Shown: piece by piece, positions 30,052 to 32,000 of the stretch
Position numbering within the stretch: the stretch's first letter is position 1
Layout of the letters: each line of letters starts with the position of its first letter
NCBI RefSeq assembly: GCF_001412615.1
Contig: NZ_CP013011.1
Coordinates: 1,320,001-1,352,000 of the forward strand
Reading direction: 5' to 3'
DNA: 32,000 bases
DNA from: Pyrodictium delaneyi
GTDB lineage: Archaea; Thermoproteota; Thermoprotei_A; Sulfolobales; Pyrodictiaceae
The notes under the pieces: generated by a model
What the model was told of the DNA's origin: nothing
The model's input: only the letters and a program-made list of their open reading frames with translations
The model's database searches: none
Translations under genes and position numbers: made by a program

Positions 30052-31917
30052 TTAATTTAGTAGTGTCTCCAACCAGTCAAAGGTAGCGTGGAGAATGTTC
30101 TCGACGAACTCCTTGCTATTTGCATTATATCCGTTGTTGTGCTGGCCCGGTTCTATGATACCGGCATCCATTGGTTTCGCCCATTTCCCGCATTGAGGAT
30201 CGTATTGATGAGGGATTATGTACTGCAGCGATGATACGGCTTCGACATCAGTTACGACTATTATTTTGCCCTTGCTGTGTTCGCCGACATGGAGTAGTCG
30301 GGCTTTGGAAGGATCTCTCTTAAGAGCGTTAGGAATATCTATTGCTGCGGTTAGTGGTAGAATGACCCCCGCGTAGCCTTTCCGGCCAGGTAGAACGCTA
30401 ATTATCACGTTGCTTATTCTTCTGCCAGCTTCAAGGTCTTTCGGTTCATTTCTCATGCATTTCAAAATTCTGTTGACTTTTATATTGCCTATAGCGTATC
30501 CCCTGCACTTTCTATACTGCTTAGCTTTCTGCTTAACTTTTTGACATTGCTGCCGGGGTAGGCCGAGGATCCACGTATGGAACCCTACGCCTGGCATCTT
30601 TACGGCTAGCCCGCTTGGCAGCTTGTTAGACGCTAAGTAGCTGTAGTAGTAGATCTTCCAGACAGCCTTAGTAGCTGCCTTACCGACGGCGCTTAATGCC
30701 TCTAAGACGCCAACTACGGGTTTTTTCTTAGAGGGGTTACAGTAGTCTAATACAAGCTGTCGGCCTTCATGGTCATTCTTTCTAGGCGCGTACTCCCTTG
30801 TTGCCAGCATGCAGGGGTGCTTTAGCTGCTCCACGTATCTCATCTCTTTGTGAGCATAGCTGAGCCGTGGCACGCTTGCAAGACTCTTGTATGGTTCGTG
30901 CGATATACCCCATGCTTTTGCTGTAGCTTTTAGCACGAGGTTGATAAGCTGCTCTATAGTGCTCTTGTCCGGCTTGGTGGCGAGTTTCTCTGCTACTTCT
31001 GCTAGCTCTCCGTTAAAGTCCCCGTCACCGGTATCGAATCTGTAGCTGCCTCTGCGGGGAAGGAAGCGGCCGAATCCTCTTGAGACGGATTTCCCGAGGC
31101 CGAGGAGTACTGGCTCTGCGAGTGCTAGGCTTGCGAGGAGGAACTTCTCTGCTGGCTCGAGCTTGGCTCCAGGCCTTTCACGGAGCCTGAGACGGAATAC
31201 GACAGTTCCGGGCTTTGCCGGCTGCAGCTCAAATAGATACTGGGCCGTTTTGTTGACGAAATCCCGGCTTTCCGGCTTTGCCTCTACCCCTAGAGCGAGT
31301 AGGTGGAACCTTGGCACCGTAAATAGACAGATAAAGTCATCATCTCCGCACTGGCCGAGACGTAGACGTCTATAGGCTTTCTCCTCGAGTACTTGCATGA
31401 CATGACTTTGTCTAAGCCTAGGGCTCTGTTTCGATTTGGATCTATCTCCTCTCCTCTCTATCCTCTTCTTTGCCTCATCAAAAGCTTCTTGTACAGCGGC
31501 TACTATGGTTTTGTACTCTGCAAATGGCTCCGGCCTAGACTCGAGCCTGGCCTCTAGGATGAATGAAGCGGCTCGTGCGTTTTTCTCAACTGAGCCGAAG
31601 AGCTTCCTGAGGAGGTCGTCCTCTGTCGCTTTATAGCCGTTCTTTCCGAGATCCTCGTCACTGATATAGCTGGCTACTGCTGTGCGGGCGAGCCAGCGGA
31701 GCATGCCGCGGAGCTGCTCTGAGCCCTGCCATAGGAACTCGTAGTCGCTGCACTCTCCGTCGACACAGTGGAAGGTTTTGCCAGTGTAGCCGCCACCCCA
31801 GTAGGGCGTGACGGAGGTAAACACTATCTCGGCAAAGACGTCTCTAGCGCCTTCCAGGCTTCTTATAGTGTCTGTAATGTCTTCGAACTCTAGAGCATCC
31901 CTAGGCTCCACGGGCAT
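30052..31917 (-). CDS. cmr1: Cmr1-like RAMP, unusually long
   Basis: 621 aa. FTSVTPYWGGGY...QLRGMLRWLARTAV...LFGS...ASFILEARL and the G-rich loop GLGKSVSRGFGRF fit the first RAMP domain of Cmr1. A long second half follows. A sampled line has ~47% G+C, against ~67% in cas1. Confidence 0.65.
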   Translation of the reverse strand: MPVEPRDALEFEDITDTIRSLEGARDVFAEIVFTSVTPYWGGGYTGKTFHCVDGECSDYEFLWQGSEQLRGMLRWLARTAVASYISDEDLGKNGYKATEDDLLRKLFGSVEKNARAASFILEARLESRPEPFAEYKTIVAAVQEAFDEAKKRIERRGDRSKSKQSPRLRQSHVMQVLEEKAYRRLRLGQCGDDDFICLFTVPRFHLLALGVEAKPESRDFVNKTAQYLFELQPAKPGTVVFRLRLRERPGAKLEPAEKFLLASLALAEPVLLGLGKSVSRGFGRFLPRRGSYRFDTGDGDFNGELAEVAEKLATKPDKSTIEQLINLVLKATAKAWGISHEPYKSLASVPRLSYAHKEMRYVEQLKHPCMLATREYAPRKNDHEGRQLVLDYCNPSKKKPVVGVLEALSAVGKAATKAVWKIYYYSYLASNKLPSGLAVKMPGVGFHTWILGLPRQQCQKVKQKAKQYRKCRGYAIGNIKVNRILKCMRNEPKDLEAGRRISNVIISVLPGRKGYAGVILPLTAAIDIPNALKRDPSKARLLHVGEHSKGKIIVVTDVEAVSSLQYIIPHQYDPQCGKWAKPMDAGIIEPGQHNNGYNANSKEFVENILHATFDWLETLLN

Positions 31918-31934
31918 CGTTTACCACCATCAGT

Positions 31935-32000
31935 CTAGCCTTTAGCGAAGAACGCTTCTGCTAGCTTCTTGACCTCGTTGAGGTATTCCACTAGTAGTCT
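31935..32000 (-). CDS. 3' end of an upstream minus-strand gene (identity unknown; possibly another cmr gene)
   Basis: The reverse complement reads ...LLVEYLNEVKKLAEAFFAKG then TAG (stop at 31937-31935), 17 nt upstream of the cmr1-like start. Only ~21 codons are visible. Confidence 0.3.
   Translation of the reverse strand, partial: RLLVEYLNEVKKLAEAFFAKG

Overview
GC-rich archaeal window. The A-type ATPase genes, csa1/csa3-style cas genes, GAAAG-ending repeat and TATA-to-ATG spacings suggest a hyperthermophilic crenarchaeote, but that is inference only. In the ORF track, an M can stand for a GTG or TTG start.

The left ~6 kb is housekeeping: an atpA 5' fragment, atpE and atpF on the minus strand, divergent atpI, a Nudix hydrolase translationally coupled to atpI, and an SPFH/band-7 protein.

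From ~6.3 kb to the right edge the window is one large CRISPR-Cas island with four parts:
1. An ancillary block. Csx1 (CARF-HEPN), an enlarged HerA-like ATPase and a NurA-like nuclease lie on the minus strand. They are divergent from three consecutive plus-strand CARF genes: a CARF with a short tail, a CARF-PIN fusion and a mini-CARF.
2. Two divergently transcribed CRISPR arrays with 8 and 9 copies of a 25-nt repeat. Their ~355-bp leaders are inverted homologs and flank csa3 plus a type I-A-style adaptation cassette (csa1/cas4-cas1-cas2-cas4).
3. A variable patch with a membrane protein, a frameshifted PIN gene, a Zn-ribbon protein and a second Csa3-like regulator.
4. A type III-B (Cmr) operon on the minus strand: cmr1-like, cmr6-like, a 1243-aa cas10/cmr2 with intact GGDD, and cmr3.

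No cas6, cmr4/cmr5 or type I effector genes are recognisable in the window.

The best candidate for something undescribed is the multi-CARF plus HerA/NurA-like block at 6314-15214, which includes the CARF-PIN fusion. Secondary curiosities are:
- small ORFs conserved in both leaders
- a csa3 gene with ACG where a start codon is expected
- strongly strand-asymmetric A+C-rich coding blocks next to both arrays

All functional calls rest on motifs read by eye. No database search was run.
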